From the NCBI GenBank assembly GCA_013265495.1, contig MU063601.1, forward strand, positions 1,054,001 to 1,118,000: a stretch of 64,000 bases of DNA, given 5' to 3'. The DNA is from Vicugna vicugna (lineage: Eukaryota). This document shows, piece after piece, positions 35,222 through 47,071 of this stretch. The notes beneath the pieces were generated by a model. That model was not told the DNA's origin, made no database searches, and saw only the letters and a program-made list of their open reading frames with translations. Each line of letters starts with the position of its first letter. The first letter of the stretch is position 1. The translations under genes were made by a program, and so were the position numbers.

Positions 35222-36829
35222 TTACAGATGATTCCAACTTCCCGTCCAGGCTTTCAGAACAGATTCTAAGCTGAGCTGTCATGTGATCTATAATCCCCTT
35301 AAAAATATTATTAATTTGTTCTTCCTCCTCCCTCCGTCTGTTGGGTACTCACTGTTCCTTCCCACGGTCAAGGGCACGTGCCAGAAAGCAAAGGAGGCTT
35401 ACCCAGCACCTGTCGCTTGCCGGACACGCTCATCTCATTCTGTCCCCACAACCAGGCTGCAAAGTGGATATTACTTTCCCCACTTTGCAGGCAAGGAAGT
35501 TGGGGATCCTGGCTCAGGGCAGAGGTCCCACCCAGAGCACCTGCTCTGGGTCTCTTGGCCACCCAGGGAGGGTCTGACAGACAGCGACATGTTTTCTCTA
35601 TCTCTGTCTCCCTGGAAGGGGCTCCCACCCTGCTCAAGACACTGTATTGCTATCAGTACAATGACAGTAATCACCAGGGCAGCAGCAGAAACAGCAGTTA
35701 CCCTTCCTGGCAGCGCCCACCACATGACCGTCAATGTGCAAAGCACTTTGCTTATACGGTGCCATTTAATCTGTGTAAGAAACAGACAAAGCAGGTAATG
35801 GTCCCATTTCACACGCAAGGTATTGGCCCCATGGGAATGAAGGACAGGTCTAAGGGCACGGGTGAGTAGGGGCAGGACTTGAACTCAGATCTGCCAGGTC
35901 CTTGACCAAGAGGGTGTGCCATTCATTGAAAGAAAGGAGGGACAGCCATTCCTGTAATGTGAGGAGAGAAGGCAGAAAGCAGGGGGAGAAGGAAACAGAT
36001 GCACAAAGAGAAACTGTGTTGAGAGGCCGTGAGCCCCTGAGAGCAGGTGGGCAGGGCAGTTGCCTAGGGTCCAAATGGGGGGTTTCAGCTCCCTGGTCCA
36101 GGCAAGCATCAGGCCAGGTGCCCCTAAGTTCCCAGAGACACCTTTGGAGACTGAACCCCCTCCCCCCACCATTTTTCTTTGCATGAATGACACTGAGTGA
36201 TTTTCTGTTATTTGCAAAGAGCCCCGACTCAGATGGCAAGGAAACCTGCTTATTTATTTATTTATTTTAACAACCTGCTTTAAAAAAAAGCAACCATTCC
36301 AACAGTGAGTGTCTCTTGCTCAGAGAGGCCTCATCAAACAAGAGGAACACGCTTTTGCAAACCTATATGGAAATTAAACCCACAATCTGGGCACACATTT
36401 GTTTGACAAGTGGTAATTAACTGCTGACAATATAATTTCAGTTTGGATGCAAATGTGTTTTTCATTAGAAAGTCATCAAAGCGGTACTCGCATCTGGGAG
36501 TCCAGCCTCCAACAGCGAGAGCTCAGCTTTCCTGCTGAAAGCTTTTAGGGCTGGCATTGAGTGCCTGCTGTCCCTAGCCAGGTGGGCATGGACCCCCAAA
36601 GTGATGCTGGTAACAGGTCTCTAGGCAGCTTCCAGAAGGCAGCTCAGTCAGCCCCTGTCATTAAGGGTCCAGCATCCTTTGGGCACCCATTGATCCTTTG
36701 GGCATCTCTGATCCCAGAGGGCCTGAAGCTGCCTTGCAGGGGCTGGGTGCTGACCCCATCTTCAAAGATGGAGGGGATTCTCTCTTCTTTCCAGCCTCTC
36801 CTATGCCCCAGGCTCTGCAGGGGTCATAC

Positions 36830-37130
36830 TCCATCCCCCATTCTATAGAAGGGGAAAATGAGGCTCAGAGATCTGGGAATTACTCGTTCAAGGCTACAGA
36901 TGGTGAGGGGCCAGATGGAGATCTGGACTCCTAATTCCCAAGTCTGTACCACACACGTTGCCCAACTTCCTTGTCTCTAGTCAACCTAACTCCTCTAGTG
37001 CCTCAGTGTTCTCATCTGTAAAATGGGGATAATAATGATACTGCCATCATGAGCTTATGTGAGGCTTAAGTAAATTAATACAAGGAACTGTGCCTGCTAC
37101 ATAGAACTCTCTTAAATACATGTTAGTTAT
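36830..37130. mobile_element. two MIRs head-to-head (minus, then plus)
   Basis: ccccattctatagaaggggaaaatgaggctcagaga (minus strand); cctcagtgttctcatctgtaaaatggggataataat (plus strand). Confidence 0.8.
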
Positions 37131-38789
37131 GATACCTGTTCATTAATTCAGATAATAAATAGTGTCACTGTGCCACCCTCACCTTCATTCCTCCCTCCTT
37201 GAGATAATCTGGCCCTACCTCTGAACTAATCTGAGTCCCATTCTAGACTCTGTCCAGACCTTCTCCATCCATTTGAAAGGAGGAGACAGCAGGACCCTAT
37301 GCTCTTTGGAGCACGAGTAATGCCAGGTGAGGAGCGAGGCTTTGCTTCTTGGCCCCTGAGGTCTGACTCCTCTGAGCACAGATCTCTCAGTTTCCTGGTA
37401 GCTGTTGTCACAACTCACTGCCCCTGGAACATTCTAGACCCTTTAACACTCCAGTCTTTGTACATGCTGTGTTTTCTGCCTGGAAAGTCTTCCCTGTACG
37501 TCTTACCTAGTGAAATTTTATCTTCAAAGGCCCAACTCAAATATCTTGTTGATCACGACTTGAGTCTGCACCTATCTGACCTGACTCTGAGCACAGAGTA
37601 GGGGCTCTTTATGCACTTATTAGGCTCCTACTCTGCTTGGCTTGGTATATCTGAATACCTGTCACCTCAGTTAATTCTAACAGCAACACTGTAAGGCGAT
37701 TGGTATTATCGCATTTTACAGATGAAGAAACTGAAACTCCCTGATGAGAAATAACTTGCTCAAAGTTACATATCGAATAAATGCCAGAGCCTAGGCTATA
37801 GACACAGCCCCAAGCTGTGTCCTTTCTGCTTTAACTCTTGTGAATCCACTTAGTTCCTTTCCTAAAGGCAGCAGGATGTGGTGTTTCCTAAATTCACACT
37901 TGTATTTGTCACTGATTTCGAGCCTCAGATGCAAAAGTACACACTCCCACCCACACAAGCCTAAGCACACACAAAGGGACAAAACCCCAAACACATCTAA
38001 ATGGACATTTGCACTTTTTCAAGGATATTAGCAAGCACATCCACTGTACTCCAAACCTGTCCACACTCCAGCCCCATGTGCTGAGCCCTGACCCCTATAT
38101 CCAACTGTCCCCTGAACACCTGGCCCTGGATGACCTGTGGGAGCCTCAGACACAGTGAACCCAGAGGGCCTTTGGCTGAACAGGGCAGGGGACAGAACTA
38201 ACAGAGAGATTGGGCTCTGAGTTCTGCTCCTGAAAACCTTCCCTCTACAAACTCGAGGAACAACTGATCAAATATAGCAAGAGGGACAGGGATGTCCCCA
38301 GGAGGTGGAAAGAAACTGACAACCCGGTGGTAAGTGTGTGAACCGATTCAGCAGCTTCTGTGTCTCAGCGGTTGGGGAGTGGACAATCACTGGCTGTCAC
38401 TGAGGGACTGGGTTTCTTGCCCTCCAGGGACAGGAAGTGATATTTTTGGTGCAATGCAGGAAGTGGCATAAAGCTAAGACCATCAAAGGGATGACTCTCA
38501 GAGATAGAGTATATGAAAAAAAGAATCCATTCTCTAGAACTGGGAAACAACAGGGGAGCTTGTCAGTTTCTGCTTGGGACTCTGAGAAACGAGAACCTCC
38601 TTGGGTGACCATAGGCCCGTGCTTTGCTTGGGTTTGTGGTTTTAATTTATATTGCAGGTATTGTTTGTAAACCCCGAAATGAAACAATTAACATAAAATT
38701 GATCCCGGGCTGGTGATAGGTCTTTGGCTTGTGGCAGAAGCTAATGCAGAGCATTTCAGAAGGGGCACACCTCCCACTCAGGCTGCTCA

Positions 38790-39385
38790 GAATTCCCACA
38801 GATAAAGCCTCACTGAAGATGAGCTAAAAAACTCAATTTACAAACAAATGAGAAAGCAGTTTACCATCAGTGAGAGTTCATAGCTACTTAAGCCAGAACA
38901 ATAAAAATCCAAAGAACTTTGAACAATACAGCAGATCTCGTAGAAATGATAACAGAAATATAATTAAGGTGATTAAAATATATAAAAAATACAAAAGCAC
39001 AAAATTAGAATAAGATGTTATTAAAAAAACAACAAACTGACTAGAAAAATAGAAAATCTAAAAATAAAAGGGATAATCATTGGAATGAAAAAATCCTCAA
39101 AGGGTCGACTGGATAATGGCTTCGGTAGAACTGGGAAAAGAATCAGTTATTTGGAGTATAGACAAGAGGAAATCACCCTGAATGCACACGGAAAAGAATG
39201 GAGATGCAAAATACGAAGGAGAGGTTCAGAAATCTGAAGGAGAGAATAAGGAGTTCCAGCAAATCTTTACTAGAAGTTCCAGAACACCAGAATACAATTA
39301 GGGAAATTAATACTCAAATCAATAAGGACCATGACTTTTACAGAATATATGAAAGACTAGAATTCATAGTTTCAAGAGGGAATTG
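38790..39385 (+). mobile_element. old L1 ORF1 remnant (L1ME/HAL1-like), N-terminal part
   Basis: Peptide EMQNTKERFRNLKERIRSSSKSLLEVPEHQN resembles L1 ORF1 EMENMKERLRDMEDRxRRSNIRLIGVPEGE. Confidence 0.8.
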
Positions 39386-40900
39386 AGTAGATGCACTACA
39401 AATAAATCCACAGGACCTTCTTCTACTCAGATATGTAAAGAGCTTAGAAATGGTCATTTCCACTCTTACAACAAAAAGAAGTTGGACATATGGAAAATCA
39501 GCGTTTCTTGGCTGCATCAGGGAACTGAGATTGCCAGAGCAAAGTGCCACCCCCAAATCTGGAGAGACAGGTGAATCCAGAGAGTCACAGATGATACCTA
39601 CCTGCCTGGAGCAGGAGCCACTAGAGTCATAAACAGGTAGGAACACTTAAATGATAATTCTGACAAATGGCTGGAGTGTGAGTGTGAAGGTGAGAAATTC
39701 CTTGGGTGCCACAGTTTTGGGGGCACATAAACTTTCATGGAGTTTACCTCCAGGAACTCCACCAGATTCTCACGATGAAACTCCAAGAAGATCCCTTCTT
39801 GGCTCTGGCAGAAAGAAAGGAAGAGCAATATTTGTGAAATACCCATAATTTTCTCCATAACAAAGGCTTACTGTTCAGGGGGAGAGACTTACCCAGAGCC
39901 TTTCTCCAGCACCGTGAAGGGAGAACATTCTTTTCACTCTAGCCCCTGTTAGCCTTCCTGTTTCACCTAACTGGGGTTGGAAGAAGCTATACAAGAATGT
40001 CATGTGCTAGGGACACAGACCTACTAAAAGACTGAGATTTAACTGGAGATTATAGGCTCCCCCACACCTTACCACCACACCAATAGGGTTTCAGTACAAT
40101 AATAGTGGATTATGTTGTAAAGAGCTGCAAATAACAGACTCTTCCTGAGAGAGAGGATTTAGGGAATCCCAAAGTCAAGAGGGAAGATTAAAATAAGGAC
40201 ACAAAGGGAATCTGAACCCTTTGACACCTAAAGCTACAGCAAGCACTAAACACAACCCAATTCCTTGCCAAACTAACATAAATCCTCACACTGGAGGCCT
40301 ATTTCAATACAACATGTTCAGCTTTCAAGAACAAGAACAAAAAGAAAGGCATACCAAAAGGCAAACTAAACAAAACAAACCCAAAACAAACAGTCTGAAA
40401 AGACAAAACCAACATCAGAACCTCACTCAGATATGACACCAATGTTGGAATTACCAGATAGGAAATTAAAAAAAAAGTGACAGAAAATTCTATTCTCATC
40501 CATGTACTGTTCATAGTGGCCTATTCATAATAGCCTCAAACTGGAAACTAATCAAATGTTCATTAGCAGCAGAATGGATAAATAAAATACAATATCAAAC
40601 AAATTAAAACTACACACACCAAGGATGAATATGACAAACATAACGCTGAGAGAAAAAAGCCAGGCATAAAAGAGTATTTGGTACATTATTATATAAAGTT
40701 CAAAAGCAGGCTATTAGAAGTCAGGACAGTGGTTATACCTGGTGGAGGTATAGTAACTGGAAGGGATTACTAGGGGCTTCTCAGTTTGTTGGAATGTTTT
40801 GTGTCAACTTTGTGAAATTTTACTTTATGAAAATTCATCAGCTGAGCACTGGCGATCTGAACATTATTCTGTGTGTATATTATGTACCAGTAAAACATTT
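39385..40900 (+). mobile_element. L1MC/MD-like 5' region plus an L1 3' end, nested in the older L1
   Basis: atgtaaagagcttagaaatggtcatttccactcttacaacaaaaagaag...; the 3' part ctggaaactaatcaaatgttcattagcagcagaatggataaataa...tataaagttcaaaagcagg...attagaagtcaggacagtggtta. Confidence 0.8.
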
Positions 40901-41750
40901 GCATTAAAAGAAGCAACCAGAGAAAGACAATTAGACTGACAACAGACTTCTCTGCAGTAACAATGGAGACCAAGAAACAATGGAATAATATTTTCAATGC
41001 CAAGAGGAATAGCAATCAAAGTAGAATTGTAAACTCTCTAAAACTGTATCTCAAAAAGCATCTAAACTGTCATCTAAAATTGAGGGAGATACTGGTTGAA
41101 ATGGGAAGCAATAACATTCATCTGACCAACTTTCTCTTAAAGTTATTTACATGTTGATGTTGATGATGGGGCCTCAATTACATTTTTAAAATTTCAGTCA
41201 CTCCTGATAAATAAAAAATTTGAAGAAATAAAAATCTGAAGTCCCCCCCAAAAAAATTGAGGGAGAGAAAAAAGATCTCTTCAGACAAAGTCTGAGAGAT
41301 ATCTCACAGGGTCTTGCTGAGAAGCTGGATAAATGACACACTTCAGGGAGGATAACCCTATGAGAAGGAAGGAGCAGATCACGAGTACAGTGCTAACTGG
41401 AGAAACTGGTGAAATTGCATCCATCGTGTCACTCAGGAGCAATAACAACAACAAAAGTGATGTAACTAATTTGGGGTGAAAAGCAGTGTGGAACCATAAC
41501 ACTAAGATGGGAGTGGGGGTGAGAAGGGATGTATTCTAAGCTCTGTGCCTTGTTCAGAGGGAGAGGAGAGGCATTGATTTACTGTAGACAGTGTTAAGTC
41601 AAGTGTGCTTATTCAAATGTAAAGATTAACCAATAAAGAAGACAAATGGAATGTATGATTTCTACACTAGTAGAGAGGGGAAAAAAAGGGATTAAAAACT
41701 TGATTGATATGATATGTGGCAGGAAATGAGCCAAAACGGGGGGAAAAAAA
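40900..41750 (+). mobile_element. old L1 ORF1 remnant, C-terminal part and inter-ORF region
   Basis: IRLTTDFSAVTMETKKQWNNIFNAKRNSNQSRIVNSLKLYLK resembles L1 ORF1 IRLTADFSAETMEARRQWNDIFKVLKENNCQPRILYPAKLSFK. Confidence 0.85.
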
Positions 41751-41789
41751 AAGCAGCAGAGGAGATCCTGGTGAGTTGAAAGTATCAAG

Positions 41790-41960
41790 AAGGCAGAACC
41801 CTGGCTCTGCCATTCACATCTGATTGTGACTCTGGGCAATGGATTTAATGACATCACCTCCCTGAGCCTCAGTTTCCCCATTTGCATGATGGGAGGATGA
41901 TGTCCCTTTGCAGCTGTTGTGGGGACGCAGTGAGACTGCCAGTCCTGTCCTCGGTGCCGG
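41790..41960 (+). mobile_element. MIR SINE
   Basis: cctggctctgccattcac...gtgactctgggcaa...ctgagcctcagtttccccatttgca. Confidence 0.85.
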
Positions 41961-44499
41961 CCACACAGGCAAGGGTGAGGGAATGCCCTTCGCTTCTTTG
42001 CAACCAGGGACCTTGTATAAGAAATGGATGTTTATGGACATCACAATGTGAGCCTCTTCCTTTTTCTTTTTTCCTTTGATGATAAAGCTTCCTGTCATCG
42101 AGTTTATTTTATCAGAAGAATAAGAGATTATCAAACTAGCTAAGCAGTCCATCAAGGAAATTTTCAAAGAGACAAAGAGGCAGGGAGCATCTCTCCCAAG
42201 ACCAGCTCTGCTTTATCTTCGTTCTTCACCAAGTCAGTAACAGCAGCAGCCATGGTGGGAGCGTCTGCCGTGTCCCAGGTGCTGCGCTGTCGTACCTGTG
42301 TCCTTTCATTTAAATTCCCCTAGCAGCCTTGACAGAGAGGAACAATCATCCACTTTAGAAATGAGGAGACGGAGGTTTGGAAGGTGAAATAAAGTCTGCC
42401 CAAGGATGAGGCTGAGCTGAGACCACACAGGTCTGTCCAATTCTGAAGTCCCTGATTCTTTTGCTCCTTAAATATCCAGAAACCTCCAGTCAATTATTGA
42501 AAAATCAACCCTAACCAGGAGTTAGCGCATCAGATGGAGAGGACATTTAAAAACGTTCTTGTTTAATTATTGATCTTTTTCATAGAAGCCACCTTTGTCT
42601 ATTTTCTTCTCTTTTAATAACCTCTTCCTCTATCTCTAAGAGTACTTTAAAATACTCAAGGACAATTTGAAGAATGTAGCAAACTTAAGAAAGGAGCTCC
42701 GGCTACCTGTCTGGTGGCCTGTGTCCTTGGCCATCCTGTACCTAAGGTGAGCAGGGCTCTCTTCATCCAGTTCCTGAGGCACCTACTAGGGCTGCCCCTG
42801 TGAGGCTGGACTTATAGGAGAGCAGAGGGCATGGCATGGAGGCGTCCAGTTGGAATTGTCCCTCTGGGCAGTGCCCATGGAGGTGACAGGCAGGCTGGTC
42901 ACTTGGTCTCTGTGCCCAACATCATTGGCTGAGATGGGAGACAGGAGGTCCTGGAGCTGGTGGAGTTCCTACAGATAAGATGCCCCAAGGCAACTGGTGA
43001 CCACACTCCCTGGGGGCTACCCAGGGGCCACCTCCTGGTCCTCGACCTTCCTGAGCATGGAGCAAACACACACACACTCACCCCACCACCCAGCTACATC
43101 CATCTACTGCTTCTGGTTCTCTACATACCCATCTCTCACCCAACTCCCCACTTTCTCACAAATCCTGCCCTCTTCCCAGAATGCCCTCCTTCCCCAACTG
43201 TTTGCTAGGTAAGCACCACATCCTCATCCTCTGTGACTGGTTGCTGATTTCCTCTGTGCCTCTGAGCTCAGATGCTTTTCTCTGTGTCTCTAGAGCATTA
43301 TGTGTTTACCACATCAGGACACCCACTTTTGGCGAGGTGTATTTAAGGATTTTATTTTTCCAGACAGGGGGCTGCTTGAGGGCACAGAGTATGCATTAAA
43401 CACAAATTTGCTGAAGGATCGAGGTGAATGTGGTGACTCTGTCACGCTGTCCTTCCTCTATTAGTGAGGGACTGGGACTGTCCACATCAGCCCCTCTGTT
43501 CCTGGAATCCAATCTGGGGCCTGGCACATAAAGGATCCTCAATGAGTGTTTGTTGAATGAATCAACAGGTGTATCAAAAGCTGCCCAGTCCAGACCAGGC
43601 TTAGCTAATAATGAATGATACAATCAGAATCAGTGAATAGCCCTTTAATAATATTCTGAATGTTTTCTAAGCTAGACTGGTCTTTTCTAGCTCTTATAAC
43701 CCGCCACCCCACCAACACACAGGGCCAGTTTCATCAGGTCCAATTACGAGAGGCTGACTGAGCACTGAGCAGGGAAATGGGGTGAGTCAGTTGGGGTCAA
43801 AACCAGAGAAAAGGCTCATTAAATCTGCAGGTGGGTGCCTATCTATGCAGGATGCCCAATCTTAGAAACAGAAGACAATTTAGAATGAGCAGAAATAACT
43901 GAGAAATCAGGCTTCTGGAAGCAGAAAGAAATTCCAGAATGAGATGATAGAATGAATAGCCAGCATCCACTGTCATGTGGTAGAACAGTGGGGACATCCA
44001 AGTCCATTGTCAAGGGACCTGGCTTCTCCCCGACACCCCTTCCTTCCCGGCATGTGGGCCAGGGTCCGCCTTCTCTAGGCAGGCTTGAGTCCCTCTCCTG
44101 GGGCCCCTGCTCTCAGGGCTGGAGGGATGTGGCAGCAATTCTTCTGACAACTGAATGTTCAGGTGCCACCCTGCCACCCTGCCACCTGCTGAGCCCTAGT
44201 GTGAAGACTGAGAAAGCCTCGTTGGGCTCTCAGACCCTTATCAGCTTTCTCCAACCAAGTTTTACCAAGTAGGAAGCCCAGAGGGTGGTCCCATGGGACA
44301 ACAGTCTTATCTCAACTGGTCCTCTGGGGAGGTTGCAGGGCCTCTATGATTGGCTCCCAGGAGAGAGATGCCAGCTTTCTGCCAGCCCACACTGCAGTCA
44401 CTCTCACCTCAGCATCTGGGACCCTCAGAAAGGTACAGACCACCCTCAGGGCCCTTCTTCAGTTTTCTGTGTTGAGAATTCAGGACTCAGGCAGCTGGA

Positions 44500-44720
44500 A
44501 TAGGGTGAGAACATGTGATCTGAAGTTAGAGGGCTGAAATTCGGTTCTAGCAAGTGACTTACCAACAGTGAGGCTGTGGGCAGGTCCTATCACCTGTCTG
44601 AATCCCAGATGTCACATTCACAAAATGGGGATAAAAAGATCCACTTCCTTGGGAGTGTGGAGGAGGATTAGATGGAAACAAATAATAAACAAACAAATAA
44701 ATAAGATGATGGAAATGAAG
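44500..44720 (+). mobile_element. MIR SINE
   Basis: gtgaggctgtgggcagg...cattcacaaaatggggataaaa...gtgtggaggaggattagatg. Confidence 0.7.
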
Positions 44721-45233
44721 GGGTTAACCAATTCTGCTGCCTCGTCCATCCATCCATCCGTCCATCCCATCCATCCCAGGGTTGTTCGTCACATTCTCGC
44801 CGAGGGTGGTGCTTTCCCTCACTCGTGTTCTTTGGTTTCTTTCTTCTTTTAACTGAAAAACAGTTGATTTACAGTATTATATTAGTTTCAGGTGTACAAT
44901 ATAGTGACTCAATATTTTTATAGATTATACTCCACTTAAAGTTATTAAAATATTTGTTATATTCCCGGTGCTGTTCGATATATCCTTGTAGATTATTTTC
45001 TTTATAGCTAGTAGTTTATACCTTTTAATGCCCTACTTTTTACCCTGCCACTCCCTCATCCCCTCTCCCCACTAGTAACCACTAGTTTCTTCTCTATATC
45101 TGTAAGTCTGTTTCTGCATATTCATTCATTTGTTTTACTTTTTAGATTTCACAAACAAATGATAATATACAGTATTTGTCTTCTTCTATCTGACGTACTT
45201 CACTAAGCATAATACACTCGAGGTCCAGCCGTG

Positions 45234-45399
45234 NNNNNNNNNNNNNNNNNNNNNNNNNNNNNNNNNNNNNNNNNNNNNNNNNNNNNNNNNNNNNNNNNNN
45301 NNNNNNNNNNNNNNNNNNNNNNNNNNNNNNNNNNNNNNNNNNNNNNNNNNNNNNNNNNNNNNNNNNNNNNNNNNNNNNNNNNNNNNNNNNNNNNNNNNN
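45234..45399. other. N gap (166 nt)
   Basis: Run of N inside an L1. Confidence 0.99.
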
Positions 45400-46537
45400 T
45401 TTTCGAATTAGTACTTTCAGTTTCTTTGCATGTAAGCCGAGAAGTGGGATTGCTGGACCACAAGGTAGTTCTATATTTAGTTTTTGAGGCACGTCCATAT
45501 TGTTTTCCACAGTGGCTGCACCAATTTGCAGTCCCACCAACGGTGTACTAGGGTTCCCTTTTCTCCACATCCTCATCAACGTTTATTATTTGTTATCTTT
45601 TTGACAATAGCTACTCTGATAGGTGTGAGGTGATATCTCATTGGGTTTTAATTTGCATTTCTGTGATGATTAATGATGTTGAGCATTTTTTCATGTGCTT
45701 GTTGGCCATCTGTATTGTATGTCTTCCTTGGAAAAATGTCTCCTTAGGCCTTCTGCCCATTTTTTATTCTGTTTATTTTTATATTGAATTGCACGAGCTG
45801 CTTATATATTTTGGTTATTAACCTCTTATCGTTTGCAAATATTTTCTCCCATTCGTTAAGTTGTCTTTTCATTTTGTTGATGGTTTCTTTCACTGTGCAG
45901 AATCTTTTAAGTTTAATTTGGCCCCATTTGTTTATTTTTGCTTTTGTTTCCCCTACCTGAGGAGACAGATCCAAAAATATATTGCTAAGACTTATGTGAA
46001 AGAGTGTGCTATCTGTGTGTTCTTCTAGGAGTTTTATGGTTCCCGTTCTTATATGTAGGTCTTTAATCCATTTTGAATTTATTTTTGCATATGATGTGAG
46101 AAAATTTTATCCTTTTACATGTAGCTGACCAGTTTTTCCAAAACCACTACTGAAGAGACTAGCTCTCCTTCGGTGTATATTTTTGCCTCCTTGTCATGGA
46201 TTATGACAATACTGACCATACGTGTGTGAGTTAATTTCTGGGACTGCTATTCTGTTCCACTGATCTGTGTATCTGTTTTTGTGCCAGTGCCGTACTGTAA
46301 CTAGCTCTGTAGTAAAGTCTGAAGTCAGAGAGCGTGATACACCTTCAGCTTTGTTCTTTTTCTTCTCAAAATTGCTTAGACTATTTGGGGTCTTTTGTGG
46401 TTTCATATATATTTTATACTTATTTGTTCTAGTTTTGAGAAAAAATGTCATGGGTATTTTAGCAGGGATTGCATTAAGTCTTTAGCATTAGATTGCTTGG
46501 GATAGTACGGACATTTACCAGTATTAATTCTTCCAAT

Positions 46538-46676
46538 NNNNNNNNNNNNNNNNNNNNNNNNNNNNNNNNNNNNNNNNNNNNNNNNNNNNNNNNNNNNNNN
46601 NNNNNNNNNNNNNNNNNNNNNNNNNNNNNNNNNNNNNNNNNNNNNNNNNNNNNNNNNNNNNNNNNNNNNNNNNNNN
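46538..46676. other. N gap (139 nt)
   Basis: Run of N inside an L1. Confidence 0.99.
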
Positions 46677-46918
46677 GGGATTGTTTTCTTGCTTTCTCTT
46701 TCTGACAGTTCACTGTTAGTGTATGGAAAAACAACGGATTTCTGTATATTAATCTTACAAACTTCAATTTTACTGAATTTGGTTGTAATAGATTTTTTGG
46801 TAGAGATTTTAGGGTTTTCTATGTATATAGTATCATGTCATCTGCAAATAGTGAAGTTTTATTTCTTTTCTTCAGGTTTGGATGCCTTTTATTTCTTCTT
46901 CTTGTCTATTTACTGTAG

Positions 46919-47071
46919 NNNNNNNNNNNNNNNNNNNNNNNNNNNNNNNNNNNNNNNNNNNNNNNNNNNNNNNNNNNNNNNNNNNNNNNNNNNNNNNNNN
47001 NNNNNNNNNNNNNNNNNNNNNNNNNNNNNNNNNNNNNNNNNNNNNNNNNNNNNNNNNNNNNNNNNNNNNNN
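46919..47071. other. N gap (153 nt)
   Basis: Run of N inside an L1. Confidence 0.99.

Noticed and set aside
42249-42280. Strong Kozak ATG (gccATGG) followed by CAG|GTG as a first coding exon
   Set aside because: It lies in the degenerate tail of a minus-strand MIR (taacagcagc...gtgtcccaggtgctg).
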